A stretch of 64,000 nucleotides of DNA, taken from assembly GCA_020697715.1 (NCBI GenBank), contig JAEHCO010000001.1, positions 512,001 through 576,000 of the forward strand, in the 5' to 3' direction. This DNA is from Methanobacteriota archaeon. GTDB lineage: Archaea > Thermoplasmatota > Thermoplasmata > SG8-5 > JAGLSY01. Within the stretch, counting starts at the first letter, position 1, and every line of letters begins with the position of its first letter. Under the pieces are notes generated by a model. The model saw only the letters and a program-made list of their open reading frames with translations. It ran no database searches and was not told the origin of the DNA. The position numbers were made by a program, and so were the translations under genes. Of the stretch, positions 28,345 to 38,161 are shown piece after piece.

Positions 28345-31300
28345 ATGGAAGACCCCCATCCAAAACAAATACAATTGATCGGTAGAGACGATGAACTGGA
28401 TCTATTGAAAGGAAATCTTGAAGATGTAATTGGTGGAAAAGGGTCAACGATCCTCATATCTGGTGAGGCTGGTATTGGCAAAACCAGACTTGTTGATGAA
28501 TTCCTTCTTCATGCTGTGGCCGAAGATATGAAGATACTGGCGGGATCCAGCTCTTCCGACACGATACATCCCTTTCTAACATTTTCCAAAGCCCTTGAAA
28601 AGGAAATTGACGATCCCTTGCTTCAAGATCAGGAATACAATTCATTTGCCGCTATTTTTGCCATAGACACATCTGGTATTATCATTGCCCAGGCATCGTC
28701 CACTGCCAATGACCTCGATGCGGATATATTTGCAGATATGCTTTCAGCAGTTCAAGATTTTATCAAGGATTCATTCGGTATCGCCAGTAAGCAAAGATCT
28801 GGATTGGGACGATTGGAATATGGCGATATGAAGATAATGATTGAACACGGCTCTCATTTACATCTCACTGCCGTGTTCAAGGGCAATGAACACCCGGACA
28901 TGAAGACATTGCTCAAAGCTGCTGTAAATTCTATAGAAGAAGGAAACGAAGAGATCCTTGAATCATGGTCTGGAAATACAGACAAAGTGCCTTGGATCCA
29001 GGAAAAAATATCATCACTGGCTGATGTCAAATTCCTCATACGGAGAGATCTGGAAGGCGTGAAGTTAGAAAATGAGAGGATCAGAATAGCTGATGAAGTA
29101 TTAGAACTCTTAAAATCGATATCTGGCAAAAGGCCCTTAATCCTCCTGCTGGAGGATCTCCATTGGGCAGATGAATCCTCATTATTTGTATTGAATTATC
29201 TTTCCCGGAATATCAAGGCAGAAAATATCATGATCGTGGGAACTCTTCGCCCCGAGAAGACCATCAGTCTTCAAACCACTCTGGAGAAGATGAGCCAAGA
29301 AGAGAATTTCCTACTCCTGCCTCTTATTCAACTTGGAAATACGTATGTATCATCTCTCGTAGAGGCTATGTATCCAGCCAATGAATTTCCAGAGAAATTC
29401 ATCAAACATCTATCCAGTGCCTGTGATGGCAACCCTTTCTTCGTTATCGAATTGCTCAGGCAGATGAAATTAGATGGAAATATCTCCACTAATGAAGGTA
29501 GCACCATACTCATTAGTCAGGATTATTCCATACCTGGTTCGGTAGATGAGATGATCCAAAGACGCTTGGAGAACCTTGACCCCGAATCCATGGCCCTTGC
29601 AGAGTACACCTCGTGCATTGGAAGGATGTTCGAGTCCAAGGCTGCAATGTCCATAAAGATAGCTCGTGATCCGGTCCAGGCACTTCAGAGATTGCAGGAT
29701 AGCGGGATCATCATCATAAATAATGGAACATCCGAATTTTGCCACGCGATCTTTCAAGATGTGATATACAAAGGCATTGGGAATAGATGGAAATCTTCCT
29801 ATCACAAACATCTTGGAGAATATTATGAAGAAGGATATGTGAATAGGACGGAAGAGGTTTTATATGATCTCGCCAAACATTTCTCCAGATCTAATGAATA
29901 TGAAAAAGGATTTGATTATTGTTATAAAGCTGGTGAGAAGGCGGAGAATATCTTTGCTTTGGAGCAAGCCATCAGCTTTTACAAAGATTCGCTCAACTCA
30001 CTCTTGAAGATCAGATCTATCGATGACCATGAAGGAAAAAGATTGGATCTTCTGGAAAGAATGGGTGGCATCAGTGCGATATCTGGGGATTATGATGGAT
30101 CATTAAGTATTTTCAACACCGCTTTGGAGATCGTGGATGACGATCAGAATAAGGCCAGGATATTGAGGAAGATCGGAGATGTTCATGTAAACAAAGGGGA
30201 ATTTGATGAGGCCTTGAAAATACTGTCAATGGCTAAAGAAGTGGTGGAAGAAGGAACAGCAGAATATGGCCGGATATTAATCAATGAGGCCAATCCTCAT
30301 TTAAGAAAGGGTGATTTTGACAAGGCTCTCCCACAACTTTCAGAGGCCATAGAGGTCTCGGAGAAAACTGGTGTGAGTCAGAAGGATATTGGCAATGCAT
30401 TAAGAGCCATTGGGAACATTCATTGGTACAAAGGAGATTATGACAATTCTCTCAAATTTTACAATAAGAGCCTTGAGATAATGGAAAATATAGGGGACAA
30501 GTATGGCATCGGATCCACATTGAATAATATTGGTAACGTGCACCATGCTATGAGCAATATGTCCAAGGCATTGGAGTATTTTGGGAGCTGCCTTGAGATA
30601 ATGGAAAAGATCGGGGGCAAACAGGGCATTGCCGCCGCCTTGAACAATATGGGCTTAGTGTATTACGAGATGGGGGAGCAGACCAAGTCTCTGGAGTTCT
30701 ACGAGCGCAGCCTGGATATAAAAGAAAAGATAGGGGATAAGCAGGGAACCGCACTCTCATTGAGCAATATTGGCAATGTGCATAATTTCACAGGCAATTT
30801 GCAAAAGGCACTGGAATTTTATGGGAATGGCCTTGGTATTATGGAATCAATAGGTGATAAATGGGGTATCGCGCTGTCCCTGAACAATGTCGGCAATGTG
30901 TATCATTCAATGGGCGATCTGTCCAAGTCTCTGGAGCTTTATGAGCAAAGTCTGGAAATAAGGGAAAGCATAGGGGACAAACACGGCATCGCCCGAGTGC
31001 TGATCAGATTAGGTAATGTTCATCATTCAATGGGCGATCTGGCCAAAGCTCTTGAATTCTATGAACGTAGTTTGAAGATATTTTTGGAAATTGGTGATAA
31101 GATAGAATCTATCTATCCATACTGTGGTCTTGCCGAGGTGTACATAGATCTCGGCAAGGCTCAACACTCTCTTGAAAATGCAGAGAAAGCTGTTGAGAAC
31201 TCCATAGAGACCATGTCACAACGTGAAGAGGGCAAGAGCCGCCGCATCCTTGGTATGGCTCATAGGGATCTGGGGAATTACAGTAAAGCGGAAGAGGAAT

Positions 31301-31503
31301 TTGAAAAAGCTAAGAACATTATGGACGAGATAGGATACAGAAGGGAGCTGGCCAAGCTCATCTATGAATACGCCTTACTGTACAAGATAAAAGATGAGCT
31401 AGATATAGCTCGCGAGTATGTGGAGCAAGCCCTATCTATGTTCGAAGAAATGGGCATGAGATTATGGGCGGAGAAGTGCCGTAAAGTTATGATCGTCCAG
31501 TGA
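28345..31503 (+). CDS. STAND/AAA_16-type ATPase with inserted roadblock/longin-like domain and C-terminal TPRs
   Basis: LIGRDDEL, Walker A GEAGIGKT, Walker B LLLEDLHWAD, GNPFF motif, ~40-aa TPR units (LNNIGNVH). Confidence 0.88.
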   Translation: MEDPHPKQIQLIGRDDELDLLKGNLEDVIGGKGSTILISGEAGIGKTRLVDEFLLHAVAEDMKILAGSSSSDTIHPFLTFSKALEKEIDDPLLQDQEYNSFAAIFAIDTSGIIIAQASSTANDLDADIFADMLSAVQDFIKDSFGIASKQRSGLGRLEYGDMKIMIEHGSHLHLTAVFKGNEHPDMKTLLKAAVNSIEEGNEEILESWSGNTDKVPWIQEKISSLADVKFLIRRDLEGVKLENERIRIADEVLELLKSISGKRPLILLLEDLHWADESSLFVLNYLSRNIKAENIMIVGTLRPEKTISLQTTLEKMSQEENFLLLPLIQLGNTYVSSLVEAMYPANEFPEKFIKHLSSACDGNPFFVIELLRQMKLDGNISTNEGSTILISQDYSIPGSVDEMIQRRLENLDPESMALAEYTSCIGRMFESKAAMSIKIARDPVQALQRLQDSGIIIINNGTSEFCHAIFQDVIYKGIGNRWKSSYHKHLGEYYEEGYVNRTEEVLYDLAKHFSRSNEYEKGFDYCYKAGEKAENIFALEQAISFYKDSLNSLLKIRSIDDHEGKRLDLLERMGGISAISGDYDGSLSIFNTALEIVDDDQNKARILRKIGDVHVNKGEFDEALKILSMAKEVVEEGTAEYGRILINEANPHLRKGDFDKALPQLSEAIEVSEKTGVSQKDIGNALRAIGNIHWYKGDYDNSLKFYNKSLEIMENIGDKYGIGSTLNNIGNVHHAMSNMSKALEYFGSCLEIMEKIGGKQGIAAALNNMGLVYYEMGEQTKSLEFYERSLDIKEKIGDKQGTALSLSNIGNVHNFTGNLQKALEFYGNGLGIMESIGDKWGIALSLNNVGNVYHSMGDLSKSLELYEQSLEIRESIGDKHGIARVLIRLGNVHHSMGDLAKALEFYERSLKIFLEIGDKIESIYPYCGLAEVYIDLGKAQHSLENAEKAVENSIETMSQREEGKSRRILGMAHRDLGNYSKAEEEFEKAKNIMDEIGYRRELAKLIYEYALLYKIKDELDIAREYVEQALSMFEEMGMRLWAEKCRKVMIVQ

Positions 31504-31519
31504 CGAATATCTCAGCATC

Positions 31520-33919
31520 TTATAAGAAGTCGTCCAGTGTCAGCTTCTTATCCGTCTTCTTGACCTCGACCTTTTCTTTCCTGGCTGGTGCGTCACCACC
31601 ACCATCTCCAAAGCCCCCCTCTCCGAAAAGTGTCTTCTGCTGGCTCCCGGTCATCAGGCTCTTCATGTCCCATCCGAATACCTCGGTGATACGAGAAAAT
31701 GTCATCGCCATCCTTCTTGCATAATAATCATAATCTGGTTTGTGGGTGAATTCCTTGCCATCGATGTAGGGCTCTGCCTCTATGGGTGACCTTTTTCCAT
31801 CTGTCACGACCCAGGAAACTTTCATTCCTGGAACGAACTCGAAGCCCATGGCCATCATTTTTTTGGCAGTTTGCACTGTTGTTTGAGAATCTGGATCCTT
31901 GTAAGCTCTGAATTCCTTGCAACTTCTTGATATCACAAGATCCTGAACAGGCGTCTTTTCATTGAGAGTGTCCGTGACAATGTCCCTTGCCAAGCGCACT
32001 GCCTCATCAGTTTCCTGTGCCAGTATGAGATCAAAGACCTTGGTCAGGCCTTCACTTTGAAGTGTGAAGGAATCCGTTCTCCGGGTCTCATACCCACGAA
32101 TGACCACTTTTTCCTCGGGCCAGATAACCTTCCCCACATACCTTTTCTTCGCTCCGTGTGAGAAAAGAGGATGGTATATGCCTTCGAATTCCAGCACCGC
32201 GCCTTCTTTCGAATATCTCTCGGCAACTGATTTACCTATCTCCACGGCCTCGTCCATAGTATAGCCAGGCGACTGGAAGAACACGGAATCCGTGTCACCG
32301 TATACGACCTTCAAATTCTCGCTTTCAAGTTGTGATATTATGGATTTAGTATTCTCGCGAGCGAAGCCCGTTATACTGGCTCCGATCTTCGGATTAGTGA
32401 ACCTGTAGAAAGCGGAGGCAAATACACCATAGAAGGCGTTCATCAGAATTTTGATGGCAAATTGCACCCCATCGTAATATCGTTTCTCTTCCTCAGTGCT
32501 GGCATTCTTCAATTTGATCTTTGTATCATCCCTTTCTGCCATCAATTTTTCAAGAACTCGGGGCAATAATCCTTCATATGTTCCCTTGTCAAGGTAGCTG
32601 ACCCCTGGCTCCGGGCTTTTTATCGTGCCTTCAGGGCTGAGAGTGGTGAAACAGATATTCTTGGCAATTATCAAACTGGGGTACATGGATTTAAAATCCA
32701 ACACACACACCCATTCATACAATCCGGGATCGATAGTGTGGACATATCCTCCTTCAATCTTGGAGGTCTTCTTGTGTCCGGATGTCACTGGCACTCCGAT
32801 CTTGTGTTTATCAGCCTCTCGGATCAATATGGAATCAATAAGTGTGGAAGTCCTTCCATTGACAACGTCATCCAATGGAAGTTTGGCCACCGTGGCAAGG
32901 TCCATTCCCTTTTCCAAAACAGCAATGTATTGAAGGATCTTCAAGGCCAATTCCGCATCCTTCTTGCAGTATTTTATCACTTTATCCTTATCATCCGCCC
33001 ATTCCTGATCTATATTGATAGGGTTGACATCGTGCTTCTTCTCTCCCAGATACTCCATCGCGACCGCGTTAAGGGTCTCTTTCTTCGGCCTAAGCTCTTG
33101 TTTGGCATTCCACCAAGCATCGGCTATGATCCGCCCATTAAGACGCCAGAATCGCCCTCCCACGGCCCTTGGATCGCTGAAGTTCCTGCCGATGTCTATC
33201 TTCACCTTGTGCAATTCCGCTCTTTCCAATACCATCGGAATATCATAACCATCAATATTGTATCCGGTTATGATGTCCGGATCCTCTCTTTTTATTACAT
33301 TGACAAAGTCCTGGAGTATGCTTTTCTCATTGCCATCAATACTGTAACTAACTATATCTGAGCTTCCGGTTGCGGAGATGGAATAACAGATAGTGTATAT
33401 CTCCTTTGTCGCGATACTATTCTCTATGTCGAAGCTGAAAATTTTAAGGGCTGGCTTGAATGGATCAGTTGTCTTGAAGTCTTTCGCATCCACCACTATA
33501 TCCGTGGTGTACATGCTCGTATCCACTTCACTGCCTTCCACTTCGAAACAGCTTCCCAGATCCATGTCATATATGAACCTGTGATGAAAAGGAATATCCG
33601 CTGCCAGCACAGTTGGCGGGAAATATTTTTTTCTGTAATCTGGAACCATCCAGGGATATTTTATCGTGACCTTGGCACATCTACGCGGTCCGCCATTGTA
33701 AAATAATTCGATATTGTCTTCCACATCCAAGACAATATCGTCTGACTTCAGGCCAGATAGCACTCCGGCAGTGGGTTCCACCAGGTAAAAATAAGGTTTG
33801 AAGCCATTATACCTAACAGTGATGGACTTGCCTGTATCCGTTTTGCCAAATAATTCAAGAGTGACATCGTCCCTTCTTGAATATGAGGCCGCTAACAATC
33901 GAACTTTCCATGATGTCAT
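31520..33919 (-). CDS. polB: Family B DNA polymerase
   Basis: ExoI FDIEN, ExoII GYNIDGYD, DFKSMYPS, KILMNAFYG, YGDTDS, KKRY; C-terminal PIP-like QKTLF. Confidence 0.96.
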   Translation of the reverse strand: MTSWKVRLLAASYSRRDDVTLELFGKTDTGKSITVRYNGFKPYFYLVEPTAGVLSGLKSDDIVLDVEDNIELFYNGGPRRCAKVTIKYPWMVPDYRKKYFPPTVLAADIPFHHRFIYDMDLGSCFEVEGSEVDTSMYTTDIVVDAKDFKTTDPFKPALKIFSFDIENSIATKEIYTICYSISATGSSDIVSYSIDGNEKSILQDFVNVIKREDPDIITGYNIDGYDIPMVLERAELHKVKIDIGRNFSDPRAVGGRFWRLNGRIIADAWWNAKQELRPKKETLNAVAMEYLGEKKHDVNPINIDQEWADDKDKVIKYCKKDAELALKILQYIAVLEKGMDLATVAKLPLDDVVNGRTSTLIDSILIREADKHKIGVPVTSGHKKTSKIEGGYVHTIDPGLYEWVCVLDFKSMYPSLIIAKNICFTTLSPEGTIKSPEPGVSYLDKGTYEGLLPRVLEKLMAERDDTKIKLKNASTEEEKRYYDGVQFAIKILMNAFYGVFASAFYRFTNPKIGASITGFARENTKSIISQLESENLKVVYGDTDSVFFQSPGYTMDEAVEIGKSVAERYSKEGAVLEFEGIYHPLFSHGAKKRYVGKVIWPEEKVVIRGYETRRTDSFTLQSEGLTKVFDLILAQETDEAVRLARDIVTDTLNEKTPVQDLVISRSCKEFRAYKDPDSQTTVQTAKKMMAMGFEFVPGMKVSWVVTDGKRSPIEAEPYIDGKEFTHKPDYDYYARRMAMTFSRITEVFGWDMKSLMTGSQQKTLFGEGGFGDGGGDAPARKEKVEVKKTDKKLTLDDFL

Positions 33920-36843
33920 GTACCCTCTCCCATATCCATCAAGGCCTTTTTAGTCTTTTCAGTCCATATGTTCATATTTGCCTTACTGAAGATCTCCGCG
34001 GCCTTCATGAGTTCGGATCTAGCCTCATCAATATTTCCCTTGATCTTCTGTAATATTCCCATCTCGAAGATCAACATACCCAGTAGGGTGGCATCACCCA
34101 CTTCATTGATCAATACATTGGCTTTTTCCATCAATATCTCGGCCTTCTCAATGTCACCAATGTCTCTGTATGCCATTCCCTGGATCATGTAACACACTCC
34201 CTCATCTCTTTTGGCTCCCAATTCAATTGAAAGGTCAAGAGCCAGGCCAGCATATTCCAATGCTTTTTCACATTCTCCTATATCTATGAAGGTATCGGCC
34301 ATTCCATAATAGTTGTGTATCAGTAGTTGCTTATCTCCAATCTCATTACATAATTCAATGCTTTTTTCATGATATTCAAATGCCACATCATATTCCTCCA
34401 GGCTCTGGAATATGTACGCCATACTGCCAAGGGACCAGGAATATCCACTCTTATCACCGATCCTCTTCAATATCTCAAGGCTTTCCTCATGATACTGCCT
34501 TGATAGATCCAGGTCTCCCAGCGTGTGATATATGCTTCCTATATTGTCAAGAGTTCCCGCACGGCTATGTATGTCCTCTCTTTTTTCATCAATGGCCAGA
34601 CATTCCTTGAAGATATCCAATGCCTTATCGTTCTCTCCTCTTTCCATGTAGATAACAGCGATATTGTTCAGTGAACTTCCTCTTCCTCCAATATCTCCGA
34701 TCTCTTCTCTTACAGAGATGGCCTCGTTAAATGAGGCCAAAGCTTCGTCATAATCTCCCCTGAACCAGGATATCAATCCCATGTCGTGGGTGGCTTGAGC
34801 TATATCGATCCGACTGTCAAGTTTGACAGCCAGATCGATAACATCTTTTATGATCGGTTGGGAGCCATCATAATCTCCAGTTCGGATATAGGTGATACCC
34901 AACATTCTTTTCAATCTCGCAGTTTCTATATTCATACCATCATTCATGATATCGAGACCTTTCTGGCAGGCCTTCCTGCTTTCTTCATATTCTCCCATTT
35001 TCTCATGCACGATCGCGATCTTATAGTGGGCATTGGCCTTTTGTTTATCACTCATAGATATTTTTAATATATCTGAATAAAAAGCAAAAGCATCATCAAA
35101 ATTGCCAATTATGGTATGATTGTCACCGAGTCTCTCATTCAGCATAACTCTATTTTCAAGCACATCCTCCGCTCTGATATGGTTCAGGGAATTCAATGCA
35201 CTTTCATAGAGATTTATGGCCAGTTTTGGTGAGAAAGAGCTTTCGGCCAGTTCTCCACCACGGATGGAATATTCAAAAGCTTTTGAATATTCCAAAGTTT
35301 TCAAATAATGATGAGCCACCTCATACACAGTATCATCAAGTTCATTCCAATAGATACCTTCAAAATGTTCACCCAGGATCTTATGATATTTTATTTTCCA
35401 TCTCTGGTCAATGCCATTGTATATCACTTCCTTGAACATGGTTCTTGCAAATTCCCCGAATCTATCATCAGCCATGATAAGACCAGATACGGTCAGTTCA
35501 CCCATGATCTTGTCATGCCCCTGTATGAAATCAAGTGATAGGGTGGTGGTGATATCGAACCTCTGGCCAATGCATGATAAGAATTCCGCCATGCTCAATG
35601 CATTGGAATCCAGATGATCCAGTCTATTGAAGACTATAGCTTCCAGAGAATCAGGCGGACTATAATCCTCATTCACGAGCTTGGCTCCCCCACCATCATC
35701 AATTATGCAATTATCTCTGATCATGGATTCCAGGGTTTCGATAAGGAAAAGGGGATGCCCCTCTGTTTCCGAGCAGATACGATCGATGAACTTATCTGGA
35801 AACTCATTGTTTGGATACATGTTATTTATTATTTCAATAATATACTTTCTCTCCAGCTCGAGTACTGGCATCAATATGCGAGATCCATCCACGGTTCCTT
35901 TTATGAGCTCCTGAAGCCCACCATCAGCATCTGGCTTCACCGAGCAAAGCATCAATATGTTCTTGTCCCTGATATTTCTCGCAATATAATCTATTACGAA
36001 TTGTGATGACTCATCTGCCAGATGGATATCATCGATAGCCAGTACAACTGTTCTTTCTCTTGATAATTCAATGAGTTTGTTAAGCAGATGATCCGACACC
36101 CTCACTCTCTCCATTTCCAGATCAGATCCTTCTATGTCCTGCCTGACCTTGAATTTAATTGATGAAAGCCTATCGACATAATCCTGGATGACCTCCATAT
36201 CTTGGAGTTTGCCGCTCCAAGATCTGATGATATGGCCATGTTGTGATTCGATATCCCTGATCATATTCTTCATGACCCTTTCCATATCTGGATGTCCAGT
36301 ACCTTTGTATATCGAGGTCAGGAATATTCTTTCCCCATTCTCTATCAATATGCTCATATCTCCATATTCCATCTTCTTTATACCGCTCTTCTTTTCCAAA
36401 GATGTATCCAGTGAATTTCTGACAAAATCCTGCACAGCGGAGAGCATGCCAGCAAAAATATCGGCATCCATGTCGCCTGCCATCATGACGGAGGATTCAG
36501 CCAGTAATAGACCTGAGCGATCTATTACGAAGACCTTGGAAAATGATACATGGTCCTTTGGACGGAATAAAGGCTCAGATAGATATTTTTCAAAGGCAGT
36601 GGAAAATACATTGAATGGTTTGTATTCGCTTATGTCGGAATAGGCTTTTATTATCTTTATGTCATCCGTATCCTGGCTTTCCAGAAAATGATCCATGAGA
36701 ACGGATTTTCCAATTCCAGTTATCCCTGTTAGAAAGATCGAAGATCCCTTCATATCTCGGGCATCTGAAAGGCATTTATCGAGGATACTAATTTCATCCT
36801 CTCTTCCCATCAATTCAATTCTATTAGAGTAAGATGGGGACAT
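33916..36843 (-). CDS. Paralogous STAND/AAA_16-type ATPase with inserted roadblock/longin-like domain and TPRs
   Basis: LMGREDEI, GITGIGKS, LAIDDIHLAD, GHPLFL; same insert as 28345..31503 (DADIFAGMLSAVQDFVRNS...EYGDMSILIE); ATGA overlap with polB. Confidence 0.88.
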   Translation of the reverse strand: MSPSYSNRIELMGREDEISILDKCLSDARDMKGSSIFLTGITGIGKSVLMDHFLESQDTDDIKIIKAYSDISEYKPFNVFSTAFEKYLSEPLFRPKDHVSFSKVFVIDRSGLLLAESSVMMAGDMDADIFAGMLSAVQDFVRNSLDTSLEKKSGIKKMEYGDMSILIENGERIFLTSIYKGTGHPDMERVMKNMIRDIESQHGHIIRSWSGKLQDMEVIQDYVDRLSSIKFKVRQDIEGSDLEMERVRVSDHLLNKLIELSRERTVVLAIDDIHLADESSQFVIDYIARNIRDKNILMLCSVKPDADGGLQELIKGTVDGSRILMPVLELERKYIIEIINNMYPNNEFPDKFIDRICSETEGHPLFLIETLESMIRDNCIIDDGGGAKLVNEDYSPPDSLEAIVFNRLDHLDSNALSMAEFLSCIGQRFDITTTLSLDFIQGHDKIMGELTVSGLIMADDRFGEFARTMFKEVIYNGIDQRWKIKYHKILGEHFEGIYWNELDDTVYEVAHHYLKTLEYSKAFEYSIRGGELAESSFSPKLAINLYESALNSLNHIRAEDVLENRVMLNERLGDNHTIIGNFDDAFAFYSDILKISMSDKQKANAHYKIAIVHEKMGEYEESRKACQKGLDIMNDGMNIETARLKRMLGITYIRTGDYDGSQPIIKDVIDLAVKLDSRIDIAQATHDMGLISWFRGDYDEALASFNEAISVREEIGDIGGRGSSLNNIAVIYMERGENDKALDIFKECLAIDEKREDIHSRAGTLDNIGSIYHTLGDLDLSRQYHEESLEILKRIGDKSGYSWSLGSMAYIFQSLEEYDVAFEYHEKSIELCNEIGDKQLLIHNYYGMADTFIDIGECEKALEYAGLALDLSIELGAKRDEGVCYMIQGMAYRDIGDIEKAEILMEKANVLINEVGDATLLGMLIFEMGILQKIKGNIDEARSELMKAAEIFSKANMNIWTEKTKKALMDMGEGT

Positions 36844-36851
36844 ATAAGCCC

Positions 36852-38042
36852 CTACCTCCCACTGACAATTGTGATCACGTCACAATTGTCCAATTCATGA
36901 TCTTGCCCTATCACTCTTTTTGTCCTGGCATCTATCGCCCTGATGAACTTATCACCAAGATCTGTGTGGACCTTGTATGCCAGATCCTTCGCATTACTGC
37001 CCTTTGGCATCAAATGAGTATCTGGGAGGACCCGACCTTCTTTATCTGTTAGCTTTCCCTCATCTTCAACAGGATAGACATATATGAGGTCCAGTATGTC
37101 GAATATCGCCCTTTCCAAACATGGCTGCACTCCTGTTCCATCGAATTTTGTCATGAATTCCGCTATCTTCTTAAGGCCAGCGATCTGTCCAGCAGATAAT
37201 TTTGTTTCATCCACTATCTTGAAATGCGAGTCCCCTGGCACATAATCTATAAGGCCAGCCCCACCTGCTCTTCTCAGGGCCAGTTCGTATTCCGCCGATA
37301 TCATGATGATGGTCCTATCTTCCATCTCCTCAAGTTTTTTAATATTCTCCTCGGGAGCGATATCGCATTTATTGGCGGCGATGATTATTGGTTTTCCCGA
37401 TCTCTGGACCTCTGTGGCGAGCTTGAGGATCTCGTCATCACTCCATTTATCTGGATTTCCTTCCAGGCCAGCGGCACGTAATGCTCTGGTTATCTGGATC
37501 TCGGATATAGCCAGACCGGCGAGCCTATCATGAAGTGCTTTTTCTATCTTGATACCGACCAGCACGCTCTGTCTGCTGATCCTTTTCCAATCCTTCATGA
37601 TTATATTGCGTATCCAGTATACGACCTCCTTCTCCAGGAATTCAATATCCTCTTCTGGATCATGCTCCCCTATCCTGCATGGCGTGCCATCTATCAGAGT
37701 CCCACCACTGGCATCGATGATATGGATAAGAACACTCGCCTGCCTCAGGTCATCCAGGAACTGGTTTCCCATTCCCTTGCCCTCCCAGGCGCCTGGAACA
37801 AGGCCAGCAACATCAATGGCCTTGATGGGTATCAGCCTGGTACCTCCCTCACATTCGGAATTTCGAGGTGTACAAGTCACCTCGAATTCCTGGCACGGGC
37901 ATTTTCCACGAACATAGGCCACACCCACATTTGGCTCTACAGTTGTAAATGGATAATTAGCGATCTCCGCATTCGCCAGTGTCAGTGCTGAGAACATGGT
38001 TGATTTACCCACATTCGGTTTTCCTATAATTCCAATGTCCAT
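36852..38042 (-). CDS. ychF: Obg-family ATPase/GTPase YchF (archaeal type)
   Basis: GKPNVGKST, ANYPFTT, DVAGLVPGA...GMGNQFLDD, NKCD; C-terminal TGS domain. Confidence 0.93.
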   Translation of the reverse strand: MDIGIIGKPNVGKSTMFSALTLANAEIANYPFTTVEPNVGVAYVRGKCPCQEFEVTCTPRNSECEGGTRLIPIKAIDVAGLVPGAWEGKGMGNQFLDDLRQASVLIHIIDASGGTLIDGTPCRIGEHDPEEDIEFLEKEVVYWIRNIIMKDWKRISRQSVLVGIKIEKALHDRLAGLAISEIQITRALRAAGLEGNPDKWSDDEILKLATEVQRSGKPIIIAANKCDIAPEENIKKLEEMEDRTIIMISAEYELALRRAGGAGLIDYVPGDSHFKIVDETKLSAGQIAGLKKIAEFMTKFDGTGVQPCLERAIFDILDLIYVYPVEDEGKLTDKEGRVLPDTHLMPKGSNAKDLAYKVHTDLGDKFIRAIDARTKRVIGQDHELDNCDVITIVSGR

Positions 38043-38161
38043 TTACCTACCCCACCACAATATAAGACTAGGTATAGAAATAAGTAATGTAGAATATGGA
38101 TAATGTCCTGGCTTGCTGATAATTTGTAGATATCGATATTCCCGATCTGGTGCTTGGAAGC

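Noticed and set aside
30900-31045. Repeated tcattcaatgggcgatctg
   Set aside because: Explained by recently duplicated TPR units within the coding sequence.
31520-33919. polB as the mark of a casposon or virus
   Set aside because: It is a cellular-type PolB with a PIP-like tail; no Cas1, terminal inverted repeats or capsid genes are seen.
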